Program-made: the position numbers and the translations under genes
In this document: in pieces, positions 41,030 through 54,160 of the stretch
How the letters are laid out: every line of letters begins with the position of its first letter
Numbering within the stretch: position 1 is the stretch's first letter
Assembly: GCF_009914755.1 (NCBI RefSeq)
Contig: NC_060926.1
DNA length: 64,000 bases
Strand: one strand, 5' to 3'
Source of the DNA: the human T2T-CHM13v2.0 reference genome, Homo sapiens
The notes under the pieces: generated by a model
What the model saw: only the letters and a program-made list of their open reading frames with translations
Databases searched by the model: none
What the model was told of the DNA's origin: nothing

Positions 41030-41360
41030 AATATTGAATGATCCAGCAAACACTTTGAATATTTCATATGTATTTAATACTAATGAATAATAACCCAATG
41101 CAACATTTTTTAGCCATTTTCTTGTAGGGAGGAAAGTGATCTTAAACAGGTCACAGCAATGTAATATGATATTTACATCCAATTATTGAGGAAATGTGAT
41201 GAAGGAAGAATATACGTCTATTGCACACAATTAGGGATGGCTTCTTGAACACAAATTTGAAGTGAATCTTCAAGGAAATAATGGAAAGAAACAGAATAAA
41301 TGCTTTCTAAGTAGGGAAACAGCATACTAGATGAAGCTGCAGTGCATGACATCCAAAGAG
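41030..41360 (-). mobile_element. L2 fragment
   Basis: Diverged antisense L2 motifs. Confidence 0.45.
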
Positions 41361-41410
41361 GAGATGGATCTGGTTGGATAATAGTAACAAATATGTTTGA
41401 AAGTATTTTG

Positions 41411-41680
41411 GGCCAGACGTGGTGGATTATGCCTGTAATCCCAACAGTTTGGGAGGCAGAGGTGGGGGATCACTTGAGCCAAGGAATTCAAGACCAGCCT
41501 AGGCAATATGGCAAGACCCTGACTCTCTAAAACAAAATTGGCACGGTGTGAGCCCAGAGGTCGAGGCTGCAGTGAACCATGCAGTGTGCCACTACACTCC
41601 AGCCTGAGTGAAATAGCAAGACTATATCAAACACACAAAAAGGAAAAAATATAAGAAACAAAAAAATAAGAAAGAAAAGA
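41411..41680 (+). mobile_element. AluJ with internal deletion in the right arm
   Basis: J-type 'cacttgagcc', 'ggtcgaggctgcagtga'; start of right arm missing. Confidence 0.85.
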
Positions 41681-42829
41681 AGGACATATTGAGATATTAG
41701 GGGTGGTAGAGGGGTCGTAGTGGTGGGATTTTAAAATTAGGATATTTCTGTGTTACCAGGACATTCTTTGCCATTTCTGTTTTCTACTTTCAAATTTTGC
41801 ATCCAGTCTTTGTCAAATAGTAATTTTAACATGTTGCTTTATATGTATGGTAAAACTTTTTTTGCATCATTATTTGTATGTCTTGCCTTCTCTACTGATC
41901 TGAATCATTATTCAGCAAAGATTCTCATTGTCTTTATTTCCCTTAGAGAATATATTTAGCACAGTCCCTCAAGTAGGGGCTCTACAAATTTTTCCTGAAT
42001 GAAGGAGTCTCCTACTGAACTCTACCAATAAAAACATCATAGCCTCTTGCCTACTGTTTATGTTCAATTCACTGACGCCCAACAAATTCATCCAACTTCT
42101 CTCTCTTTGAACTTTCCCAATCTTAGGCTAGATGCAGTGGAAAATCTGCCTTTTACTTGTCAGAATTTCAGGAGTGGCATCCTTTCCGTACAAAGCACCA
42201 TCAATGAGTGTGCTCTGTGAGGAAGTACTACTATGTCACACAGCACACATAAAGACTTCGTTTTCTGATTTTAAAAAGTCTGGAAAATATGACAAACTAT
42301 ACTAGAATGAAATGAATGGCTTTGCTATTTTGCACCACTAGTAGAAAGCCATTATTCATCAATTTTGTTCACCCCACCAAACTGTGAAGCTTTACAACAG
42401 AAGCATTATTATGTGAGAAGAAGAGTATGACTATTATTTTAACAAAGCTTTTGTAGTTGCCATCAACATATAAACCTTGAATTTTTATCTTTCTTAACTT
42501 AGTGGCATGAAATGTAGGCCTTCTTTGCCTTCAAAGACTCTGACTTTATTTGAGATTCGGTATACACCCCATAATAATTAGGACTTCATCATGACTCTTG
42601 AGTAATGCTTTTGAAGGTTTGCCATTGAAGGAGGCTTTTTATTTCTGCTCCACACAGCACCGCACAAAATAAGCTGATGCTAGTGGTAGTTATATCTAGT
42701 GAACTAGATACTGTGCAAAAGCCAGGCTAGTCAAAGTTACATATAAATAACCTCTCTTATCTCTGCAATAGGCTATATAAGAATATAAATTTTTGATTTT
42801 ACTAAATTAATTATGAAAAACTGTTTTCT

Positions 42830-43047
42830 ATCAAAGTGAACTTTTAAGGCATTATGATAGAGATCAAAATAGTGTTTCCTTCTAGGAGAGACAATTGATT
42901 GAGAGGGTGCATGGGGGAACCTCTTGCAGTATTACTCTATATTTTGATTTGGCTTGTGGTTATACAACTGGTGGCCCATTCAGTTGGACACTTCAAATTA
43001 GAGCCCTTTGTACTTCTCATTTTCTAATATAATTTTAAAAAAATAAA
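42830..43047 (+). mobile_element. L1ME 3' end
   Basis: 'gatagagatcaaaatagtg...tattttgatttggcttgtggttatac'. Confidence 0.6.
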
Positions 43048-44555
43048 TCAAAAGAGAGGCACCAAGGAATCAACTATTATTTTGAAATTCTTTTATGTAA
43101 GGCAACATGTGAAATTATAATTATGTGAAAAATAGGGTTATCTAAAAACTTATAATGTAGAACATAAACTTTAAAATATTTGAATGCCAACTGAGATTTT
43201 AAGTATATTAGAAATATATGAAGACAGATTTATATGGAATTATCAGAGACAGTATTTGGAAGGCTAAAATTTTATGTGAAAGTTTCATGAGATTAGATAT
43301 GAGCTTTCAGTTTGTCATAAAACCCTTGATTAAATTCATATTTTTGATATAGTAACTTCTTGCACGTATGGAAAATCAGGTCATCTGTGAGGGAGAGGTA
43401 AATGCCTTAGCCATGTACTTTTTATGTTTTTAGCCATATTCCTATTAGACTCATTAACAACAACTTTTTATTTAGACATATGTACGGGATGATAATTAAA
43501 TATAAGTTCTATTTTCCTGTCTTTAACTTAAAACAGAATCATGTCTTCTACCCATGATTCTTTTCCATTGGGTGCAACATGTTTAATGAAAACAAACAAA
43601 CAAACAAATCATTTATCCAAAGATCACAGTATAGTTACTTCACATTATTTATATACTAATATTCCCTTTACCTTGATTTAAGCTTACCCCCAACTTCTGT
43701 GAAGAATTATGCATTTCTTTTGTTTTCTCTCAAAAATATTGCCTAACTCTGATGGCTTGACTGTTCTCAGTCCCATCTCTTACTCATGCAGGTATATTGC
43801 TCTTTACCTACTAATTGTGGCCTCAGTGAAAGCCACAGAGCTTTTAAAGTTTAAGCATTGTACTATGTTCTTTTGGGTTTATAAAAACCAGGATAGTACA
43901 ATACTTAAACTTCAAAAAAGCTGTTGAATTCTATTTGTGTCAATGTCAGGTTCTTGAAGTTAATATTATTTTAACACATTTGAGATGGGATTTTCTCATG
44001 ATTACACCTCTAGGTATGTGCAAAGAGAAGTAACAGATGCTGTACAACCGAGCTGGTAAGTGTCACCACTAACCTGTGGTTTCTAGGCTCTTCTGGTCCC
44101 AGGGACAGCCAAGGAATGGCTGAATATTTCCCTTTCCCTTTCTGCTGTTCTCTCAAAGTGGTTTTTCAAAGACGACACCCTTCTCTGCAAGCTCTTTCAT
44201 CCTCTCAGCAAGTGAGTTTGCTCCCTACCTCAAAGAATAAAAAGAAATCACTAAACATGAATGCTTTGATCTTCCCTCTTTTCCTATAACAGATGTATTT
44301 TAATAAAAATTCAACCATAGTCTTTCCACCCCTATGTATGGAAAAGGTTCCTCCTTCTACCAAAGTTAATCCCTCCATATTTTGTCTTTGAGGGCTTCCT
44401 CCCAGAGTTAATCTATTTTTCCAGTATCTTCAATGTCTCCTCCTTATTGATTCATAAACAAAGTTATGTCTCATCTTAAAACATAAAATGTCTCCTAGGT
44501 TCTGCTTCTGTCTTTAACTTACCACATTCCTGCTTCTACGAAAGGTAGTCTAAAC

Positions 44556-44652
44556 CAGGGGTCAACAGTATTTCTCCTAAAGGTCAGAGAGTAAATATTT
44601 TAGACTTTGCAGGCCACAAGGTTGTGCCTACTCAGCAGTTAGTTGTAGCATG
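44556..44652 (+). mobile_element. MER58 5' fragment
   Basis: 'caggggtcaaca...aaaggtcagagagtaaatattttagactttgcaggcca'. Confidence 0.7.
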
Positions 44653-44797
44653 GTTTTCTGTCCTCTTCCCTTGCTCTCCACTGCCATCATGGTCCTCCTC
44701 TTTATTTTCACTTCCCAACAATGGCAGTAGTCTCCTTACCTCTTTTTATCTCTCTTCGAAAGTTTCTCAGTGCCCAACATCTCCTTCTTCACTTTTT

Positions 44798-44799
<2 letters not shown>

Positions 44800-44828
<29 letters not shown>

Positions 44829-45093
44829 GAGACGGAGTCTTGCTCTGTCGCCCAGGCTGGAGTGCAGTGGCGCGATCTCTGCTCACTGCAAGCTATGCCT
44901 CCCGGGTTCACGCCGTTCTCCTGCCTCAGCCTCCTGAGTAGCAGGGACTACAGGTGCCCGCCACCACGCCCGGCTAATTTTTTTGTATTTTTAGTAGAGA
45001 CGGGGTTTCACCGTGTTAGCCAGGATGGTCTGGGTCTCCTGATCTCGTGATCTGCCCACCTCAGCCTCCCAAAGTGCTGGGATTACAGACGTG
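44800..45093 (-). mobile_element. AluY
   Basis: T29 tail; Y diagnostics 'gcaagct', 'ttcacgcc', 'gtgttagccaggatgg'; first ~17 nt absent. Confidence 0.92.
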
Positions 45094-45679
45094 CAGTTTT
45101 TACTTTTTAACAGTGCCAGTGATATCCTTATAAATTGTAAACATTATATAAATCCATGCTTGTAATTAGTTAATGAGTTATTCTTGTGGATAAATAGTGA
45201 TTCAGCCCTGGGAGAGAACAGGTGATACTTCTCGGTCTCTTCCCCACCTGTGTATTCTACCTTCTCTCCAGACATCCCAAACTTCCCATTCTCCAAAGTC
45301 TTGTTTAATTACTCCTGGATGCTTTCTTACTTCTGTATTCCTTTAACCATACTGTGGCGTCCTTCTACTATGTCCTTGTCTACCTGCCTGTTCATCTTTA
45401 AATTCTCTATACGGGAATGTGTAAACACTTAGGTCTTTGTAAGCTGTCAGTGTTAGAATGCTCCCTTAGGTTCTGAAACATCACTGATCATCTCATATGA
45501 CATTATAAATTTCCAATGTAGTATATTACACACATGAACTTAAAGATACAGCAACAGTGATGTAAACCATGCCATGTTGCATCACAGATATTAACACATA
45601 GCCCCAACCCTCTCTCAGTATGGCACTTTGATTTGTGTGCAACTGTCCACACAGCTCCACAGCTTCTGTCACTAGATGC

Positions 45680-48600
45680 ATCCTGTTTCTCAAGCCATAA
45701 ATCTGAGTATCATCTTCAAGTTTTTTTCTCTTTGCCGTTCATCATGGTTACCCTCTCCAATCAATCATGAAGTCCCTCTGTCCAGCACTTAAATATCTCT
45801 CAACTCCATCCACTTCCATCCACCTGCACTGTCAGATGCCCAATTCAGACAATGATAATTTCTCACCTGGGTTATTGTAATTTCCCACTAACTGGTCTCT
45901 CTGATGACAATTTTATACCTCTTTACTCTCTGTGTTACAGACAGAATAATCATTCCAAAATGTACATTGATCTATGCCATTCCTCTCCAGCATTTTCGTA
46001 TGTCTTATTGGGCCAATCGTTATTTGGTCCTGCTTCATCCATCTCTCAATCTCATTCCTTTATCTTTATTCCAGTTTCTGCCCTTCTACTTGCATTCTCT
46101 CAGAACCGGGGTTTTACCACCACTGAAAGACTTCTAAGTTTTACTTTCCCAACTGCCTTATGTCAGAATCTTTGTATAAACCATATACTCTGCTTACTGT
46201 GCTTCAAATATTCCTTCTTCCTTTTGTCTAATCACCCGTAACAAATGACCACATATCTGCTTTCTTTTAGCCTTACATTATATAAGCATCCTTTTGTTGT
46301 ACTTCCCTTTATTCACAGCTACCCAAAGCTTCACAAATACTGCTTTTTAAATAATGAATTGAAGGTTTGTGGCAACCCTCCATTGAGCAAGTCCATTGGC
46401 ACCACTCTTCTAACAGCACATGCTCATTTTGTGTCTTTGTGTCACATTCTAGTAATTCTTGCAGTATTCCAAACTTTATTATTATTATATCTGCTATGGT
46501 GATCTGTCATCAGTGATGTTTGATGTTACTATTGTAATTGTTCTGGCGCCCAACAAAACATGCCAATATAAGACAGCAAACTTAATAAATATTGTGTGTA
46601 CTCTGACTGCTCCACTGACCAACCATTCCCCTTCTCTCTCCCTCTCCTGAGGTATCCCTATTTCCTACAACACAATAATATTCAAATTACACCAGTTAAT
46701 AACCCTACAATGGCCTCCACTTATTCAAGTGAAAGGAAGAGTTGCATGTCTCTCACTTTAAATCAAAAGCTAGAAATTATTAAGCTTAGTGAGGAAGGCA
46801 TGTCAAAAGCCAAGATAGGCAGAATAGGCTGAAAGCAAAGCCTCCTGTCCAGTTAGCTAAGGTGTGAATGCAAAGAAAAAGTCCTTTCAGAAAATTAAAA
46901 GTGCTACTCCAATGAACACATGAACAATAAGAAAGCAAAACAGCCTTATTACTGATATGGAGAGTGTGAGTGCTCTGGATAGAAGATCAAACCTGCCACA
47001 GCTTTCCCTTAAGCCAAAGCCTAATCCAAAGTGAAGCCTTAACTATCTTCAATTCTATGAAGACTGAGAGGTAAGAAAGCTGAAAAAGAAAATTTTGAAG
47101 CTAGCAGAAGTTAGTTCATGAGGTTTAATGAAAGAAGCCATCTCCATAACATGAAAGTGCAAGGTAAAGCAGCAAGAGCTGATGGGGAAGCTGCAGCAAG
47201 TTATCCAGAATGTCTAGCTGAGATAATAGATGAAGGTGGGTACACTGAACAACAAGATTTTTAATGCAGACAAAACAGCTTTATATCAGAAAAGGATGCC
47301 TTCTTGGACTTTCATATCTTGAAAGAAGAAGTCAATGCCTCGCTTCAAAGCTTCAAAAACAGGCTGACCCTCTTGTTAGGGGCTAATGCAGCTGGTGACT
47401 TTAAGTTGAAGCCAATGCTCATTTACCATTTTGAAAACCCTAGGGCCCTTCAGAATTATGCTAAATCCACTCTGCCTGAGCTCTGTAAATGGGATAACAA
47501 AGCCTGGATGACAGCACATCTGTTTACTGCATTCTTTACTAAATATTTTAAGCCCACTGGTGAGACTTATTGCTCAGAAAAAAAAAAAACAGATTTCTTT
47601 CAAAATATTACTGCTCATTGACAATGCACCTAGTCACCCTGGAGCTCTGATGGAGAGGTGCAAGATTAATGTTTTCATGCCTGCTTGCACAACATGCATT
47701 TTGCAGGCCACGGATTGAGGAGTAATTTTGACTTTCAATTCTTCTTATTAAATAAATACATTCACAAGGCTGCCATAGATAGTGATTCCTCTGACGGATC
47801 TAAGCAAAGCAAACTGAAAACCTACTGGAAAGGAATCACCATTCCAGATGCCAATAGGAACATTTGTGATTGGGGGAGGAAGTCAAAATATTAACATTAG
47901 TAGAAGAAGTTGGTTTCAACCTTCATGGATGGTTTGAGGGGTGCAAGTCTTCGGTAGAGAAAGTAAGTACAGATGTGGTGAGTAATAGAAGGAGAGCTGG
48001 AATTAGAAGTGGAGTCTGAAGATGTGACTGTTGTAATTTCGTGATAAAACATGAACAAATAAGGAACTGCTTCTTATGGATGAGCAAAGATAGTAGTTTC
48101 ATGAGATGGAATCTACTCCCAGTGAAGGTGCTGCGAACATTGTTGAAATGACACAAAGGGATTTAGAATATTATATAAATTAGTTGATAAAGTAACAGCA
48201 GAGTTTGAGAGGATTGACTCCAATATTGAAATAAATTTTACTGTAAATAAAATGTTACTCAACAGCATCTCATTGCCATAGAGAAATATTTCATTAAAGG
48301 AAAAGTCACTTGATGAGACAAACCTCATTGTCTTAAGAAATTGCCCCCAGCCACCTCAGTCTTCAGCACCCACACCCTGATCAGTCAGCAACCATCAATA
48401 TCCGGGGAAGACCCTCTACCAGCAAAAAGATCAAAACTTGCTCAGATAATCATTAGCATTTTTTAGCAATAAAATATTTTTCATTAAGGTATATACATTG
48501 AATTTTAGACATAATGCAATTACACACTTAATAGAATATGATGTAGTATACACATAACTTTTATATACATTGGAAAACCAGAAAATTTGTGGGACTCATT

Positions 48601-48910
48601 TTATTGCAATATTCACTTTATTGTGGTGGTCCAGAACCAATCCCACAATATCTCCAAGGATTTTCTTTATATCTCCTTCTTCTCATAAGCCTTCCCTGAC
48701 TGGCCAAGGCACTTATATACACCTTTTATGTGTTCTTATATTATTCTTTACTTCCCTTTGTCAGTTACATTGTAAATATCTGATTATTTTTCTGTATACC
48801 TCTCTGGACAATAAGTTCCATCAGGACAGGAGTTATGTCTAGCTCCTAATTTATATCCAGGGCCTAATACATAGTAACATGATTAACATATGTATGAAAT
48901 AAATGAATAA
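45680..48910 (+). mobile_element. L2 interrupted by Tigger1
   Basis: L2-like CT-rich sequence at 45680-46280 resumes at 48670 and ends with '...cagggcctaatacatagt...aaatgaataaa'. Confidence 0.6.
46283..48667 (+). mobile_element. Tigger1, near full length, dead transposase
   Basis: Both degenerate TIRs flanked by TA; transposase start at 46710 (MASTYSSERKSCMSLTLNQKLEIIKLSEEGMSKA); DDE-domain fragment [23 protein letters not shown]...WMTAHLF; frameshifts and stops. Confidence 0.95.
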
Positions 48911-49135
48911 AGAAATAATTACAGTGTTGATGACGATAAATGAAAAAGGGGTAGGAGGGATAATAGTACACCATAAATATTTCAGGAAGAGGCTGCTCAA
49001 ACTCTTTCTTCTCCTATCTGGTATAATAAAGGTCATGTAAATTAAATAAACAAACATACGGGTTATTTATTGAATACTGAATTATGCATAGAATTATTAA
49101 CATATTTCATGCCTTTTGTGGGTTAAAATGTATTA

Positions 49136-49474
<339 letters not shown>

Positions 49475-50097
49475 TTATTTAAAAAAAATCTTAAACTTTG
49501 TTTGAGAACCATGTTCATTATCTTCTTAATTTTCCTTATGGATTTCTCAAAATAGTTGTTTGAATTTTTCTGTGAACCATTAAATGAAGGTATCTTGACA
49601 GTTTAAAATACAGAAAAATTTCTTAGAATGCAAAGAAGACGTGAAAAGAAAAAGAAAAAGATTCAGAAAGAAGTGAAAAATTCAGAACTTGTGTAGTGCT
49701 GTGATACAGTTGAAAGGTTTAATGTCAAAATAAACAAAACTGATATTGATACAGTTTTCTATTTTTCAGTACAATTATTTGAACAAGCATAATTAGAGTA
49801 AATAAAAAATAATTAGAAAATACAGCAGTGAGGACTCTTCATATGTGGAGTAATTTTAAGATAAAATCAACAAAGCAGACATGTGTATTGATATAAAAGT
49901 TATTGTTTAAACACCATGGAAGCCAATTAAATGTTGTTAATGAAGTTAGATATAGAAACTACCACATTGATGTCTCTGAAATTTCTTCCAAAAAATGTAC
50001 AAAGATAAAAAGAAGGACATAGATTCCCTGTTTGCTACACATGGATATGTTTATGTGTGTGTGTGCACATGTGTGTTCGTATAAAAAGCTTTTACTG

Positions 50098-50365
<268 letters not shown>

Positions 50366-51382
50366 CTACCTACTTTTTTCCCATTTGGAAAATATTTTTA
50401 GTAAATCACCCTTGCTTTCTATAGACTTCAAATACTTGAAAACAAACATTCTATATTGCTTTTTGCTACTCAATTCTTTCTTTCTGTTTTCCACTCATTT
50501 TCTCCTCCTCTCTGAGATCAACAGTGCTAAATGAGAGCAGATTATAAGTAAGTCAATAAAACACACATACACAGAATAGAAAAGTGCTTGCCAACTCTAT
50601 GCATGTGATTAGCTGACTAAGAGTTGCCGATTACTGGTTCAGACTCCAAAGTAGAAGGAAAAAATTCATGGGTATAGAAGAGCACTCAGAAGATCTGCAT
50701 TTTCTCACCAACTCATTTAATGTTTTAGGATAAAATGGCAATGAGGAATAGCAGAAGGAAAAAAATGTAGTCTGGGGTGACATGAAAATCAGTATGCAAT
50801 ACACCAGGAAGCCTGTCTCAGAGACTGGCTTTCATAAGGTAGAGGAAGAAGTATATGATTATAGATATTTATGTAGTCACCCAAAAATTCAAAACCCATG
50901 AAAACAGGCACATATTACATCTAACCAGGTATCCAAGGAATTTGTAGACAAGAGAAAACAGTACTGGTTTACCGAAATTAAACCTTTACTCTCTCTTAGA
51001 GGGTATTTAATGTATTCGAATGAATTTATGCAGATTAAGATGATTCTTTTCTAGAGTCAGAGATAAGTTCTCATGTTGTGTATACCTGTAATAATGGAAT
51101 GTACAATAACATGAAATATTGGAGAAATGATTGTTTAGGGAGTCTTCAGAAAAGCAAAAAATAGGACTCTGGCAAGCAGAACAACAACAACACTTAAAAA
51201 AAATTAAAATAAATTGTAAAGATAAAAACAGGAGAAGAAATAAATGCAAACAATTAATTCATATGAGAAAAATACCTGTAGCTTCTTCTCTTTCAATTAT
51301 GAAAAGTCTGCCTGAGGTTGGGGGTAGTGGTATTTCTCAGTGGCATATAGCTGAATTATCAGAATAATCTTAAGAACTAACA

Positions 51383-51481
51383 ATTTGGCCATCTGGATTA
51401 CCTTCTTAGGATCTGGCTGTTTAATAAATAATCTTCCATGAACACAACAATATCCTAGAAAGGTAATCCTCATGGCCAAAT
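51383..51481. repeat. 30-bp imperfect inverted repeat (26/30), 39-nt spacer
   Basis: atttggccatctggattaccttcttaggat (51383-51412) versus reverse complement of 51452-51481, atttggccatgaggattacctttctaggat. Confidence 0.92.
51402..51454 (-). CDS. Candidate 53-nt exon (DIVVFMEDYLLNSQILR)
   Basis: attacctttctag| ... AAG|gtaatc; splice sites lie in the arms of the inverted repeat. Confidence 0.3.
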
Positions 51482-51675
51482 ATTTCATCCCCTAGTGGGA
51501 ATAAATGAACTCTATGTATTTGGATGTGAGTGGCAATTTAAGCACTAATGTCCTATTAATTACGTTTATATTCAGATTTTTTTTTTTTTTTTTTTTGCCA
51601 AAAAAAGGTTTGTTCCAAATTTTAGGAATTCGTAAGTATGCTGGGGGAATGAAAACATGTCAGGAAACCTCTTAC

Positions 51676-51696
51676 CTGAGGGATAGCTGGAAACAC
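51676..51696 (-). CDS. Candidate 21-nt microexon (VFPAIPQ)
   Basis: ttaacatcagtgttatag| ... CAG|gtaaga. Confidence 0.3.
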
Positions 51697-52199
51697 CTAT
51701 AACACTGATGTTAATAATAGAAGATAGTTTATTCCTCAAGATAAAATGATTTTGCTTCCGTAAGAAGCACCAGTAAGAAGATTAAGAAGATTCTGAGAAT
51801 TTCTAGTTTTCTTTAGAAAATCTGTCATGACTTGGGTGAACCTTCAGATAAAATTTCTGTCTATAGTCTACCTTCTGAGTGATAGTCAGATTCCATGGTA
51901 CCATGACTTCCTACCACCCGGGGCATATATTAATCTCTGCAATGGTCAAGTTGAATCCCCCAGTAATGAGTCTTGAGTTTGAGCAGGTGTTGCACATCTT
52001 TCTCCCTGGATAAGGGAGTTGAGGGGATAACAATAGAGCTTTCTCTAAAGACAACCTTCTTATAGCATCTCCTCTTTCACTTTGCACTTGGAGTAATATA
52101 GTCAATGTGAAGCTAGTTTTCACATTTTCCTTGGTAAGGGAAACTTCACATTTCCTTGGTAAATTCTATAGTTTGGTCTAACATTGTGCTTTGATAATC

Positions 52200-53700
52200 A
52201 TCATCACTTTGATATTGGATTACATTTCAATGATGAGTCATTATAAGATAATTTGGCTGGGTATGTAATTAATAGATTTGAAATAATAATCCTTGAAGAT
52301 TATTAATATCCTTGAGTATATCCTTCAGAATTAAGTCCTGGAGAAGTTTGAAGACACTGTTTTCTTTCCTTTTTGTCTAACTTCTAATCTTGTCATTAGG
52401 CATTTGTCACACTCCAGGGGCAGGGTGATTGTTAGTTTTTATTTATTTATCTTTACATTTCTTATCCTGAAATCTTTTAAACTCATCTCCTTTTTAGTTC
52501 TTAAAACTAAATATTACAGTCTTTGGAATGGATTATGCTTCCTTTCATTACTTTTAGTTCTGGATAATTGAAATTATGAAATTGTATTTATCATTTTTTC
52601 CCTTACATTTGTTTTTCTACTTGGAAAAAAAAATTACTTAAATGTTAATATGCATGCTATAATTTTATTTTCTTTTTTCTTTTCTATATTCCTTCTCTTT
52701 GTTTATTGTTTCCAATTTTTAGAATATTTCTTTGCATGCATCTTCCCATATTCTAACCTTTAAATTTTTATCTTATTTTTTAAATTTCAAAAGACTTTTT
52801 CTCTAAATGTTCTTTTTTAATGAATTTATATTATTGTTCTCTCTCTACAGATGTTAATTTGTCTTTTTTCTGTTATTTGCATTTCTTGCTTCCAAAAAAT
52901 TTATTTTAATTTTTTGTTTATTAGTTATGATTATTGTCTTTTACATTAAAGGTTTTCTCATCTATTTGATGACCTTTGACTGTTCATTCCTATTTAAGAG
53001 TGAAACATTTAACAATTTGTTGGAAAATCCCAGTAATGAGTGGAACTTAAACTTTACTGTTTTTTCCTGTAGGTTTACTGGGCATTTTGTTGCAGGGAAT
53101 CCACTTTCATATCTGAAATCTTCAAAATCATGACAGAGAGCCAGAAGAGAGTATGTCTGATTTTAATCACTTGAAAGTCAACTTGAGAAACAGTCCTGAG
53201 AATCTCAGTCCTCAAGATGTAGATTTTTTTTCCCCCTTAATCTCCTCTTTTCAGCCCTCATTCTTATCTTTCCTATCTCCAAGTCTTGGGTGTCTCCTAA
53301 TCAATTTCTCCATAGGGCATTCCTCTCATATCATGTCTGACTGTGCTAGGATAGAAGGGAAAATCTGTCCACTCTAAGTGCATATTTGAAGATTGGTTTT
53401 TAGCCAATCTTTCCTTTTTAATCCTCAATCCAACCACCTGCTTTTCATTACACACAACTTCTAAATCCCCCTGGGGTCTTCAGCCCTAAGAAGATTGCTT
53501 GTCATGATCTCCCTGCTATATAACGTAGAAACTTTCAGCTTTCTATGTTCTGCTAAATTAATTACTACTTATTTATTTGCTTTGCAACATGTAATCGTTG
53601 TCTTTCATCAGCTGTTATTCCCTTTCTCACTCTTCTTGTCCTTGAATGAACATAATTTATCCATTTAATCTGATGTTTGAGTTTAATGGAAGGTAGGGGT
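52200..53700 (-). mobile_element. Very old L1M/HAL1-like antisense segment
   Basis: Strong T skew and residual 'ggagaagtttgaagaca' L1 ORF1-like motif; family uncertain. Confidence 0.4.
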
Positions 53701-53756
53701 GGAGCAGAGATCAATGTGTGTTCTTAATCCTCCATATTTAACAAGGTGAACTCACC

Positions 53757-54160
53757 CGTATTAGTTTGTTAGGGCCGCCATAGGAAAATACCACAGTCTG
53801 AGTGAAATAAACAATAGACATATATTTCCTCATAGTTTTGGAGGCAAAAAGTCATAGATCAACATGTCCACAGGGTTGGTATCTTCTGAGGCCTCTTTCT
53901 TTGGTTTGCATATGGCTGTCTTCTCCTCCTTATGTCTTCACATGGTCTTCGCTCTGTGTGTGTCTGTGTCCTCATCTTTTCTTTAAGGAGTTGTACTGAA
54001 AATAGGTACAGTTACGCTGAAATAGAGCCTTCCTTAATAATCTCATTTTAACCTAATTACTGCTTTAAAAACCCCTACCTCCAAATACAGTCCATTCTGT
54101 AGTACTAGGTGCTAGGGCATCAGCATACAAATTTTGATGAACACAATTCGGCCCATAGCA
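53757..54160 (-). mobile_element. MLT1B/C-like solo LTR
   Basis: 'gtattagtttgttagggccgccata...cacaattcggcccatagca'; TSD tcacc/ccacc. Confidence 0.88.
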
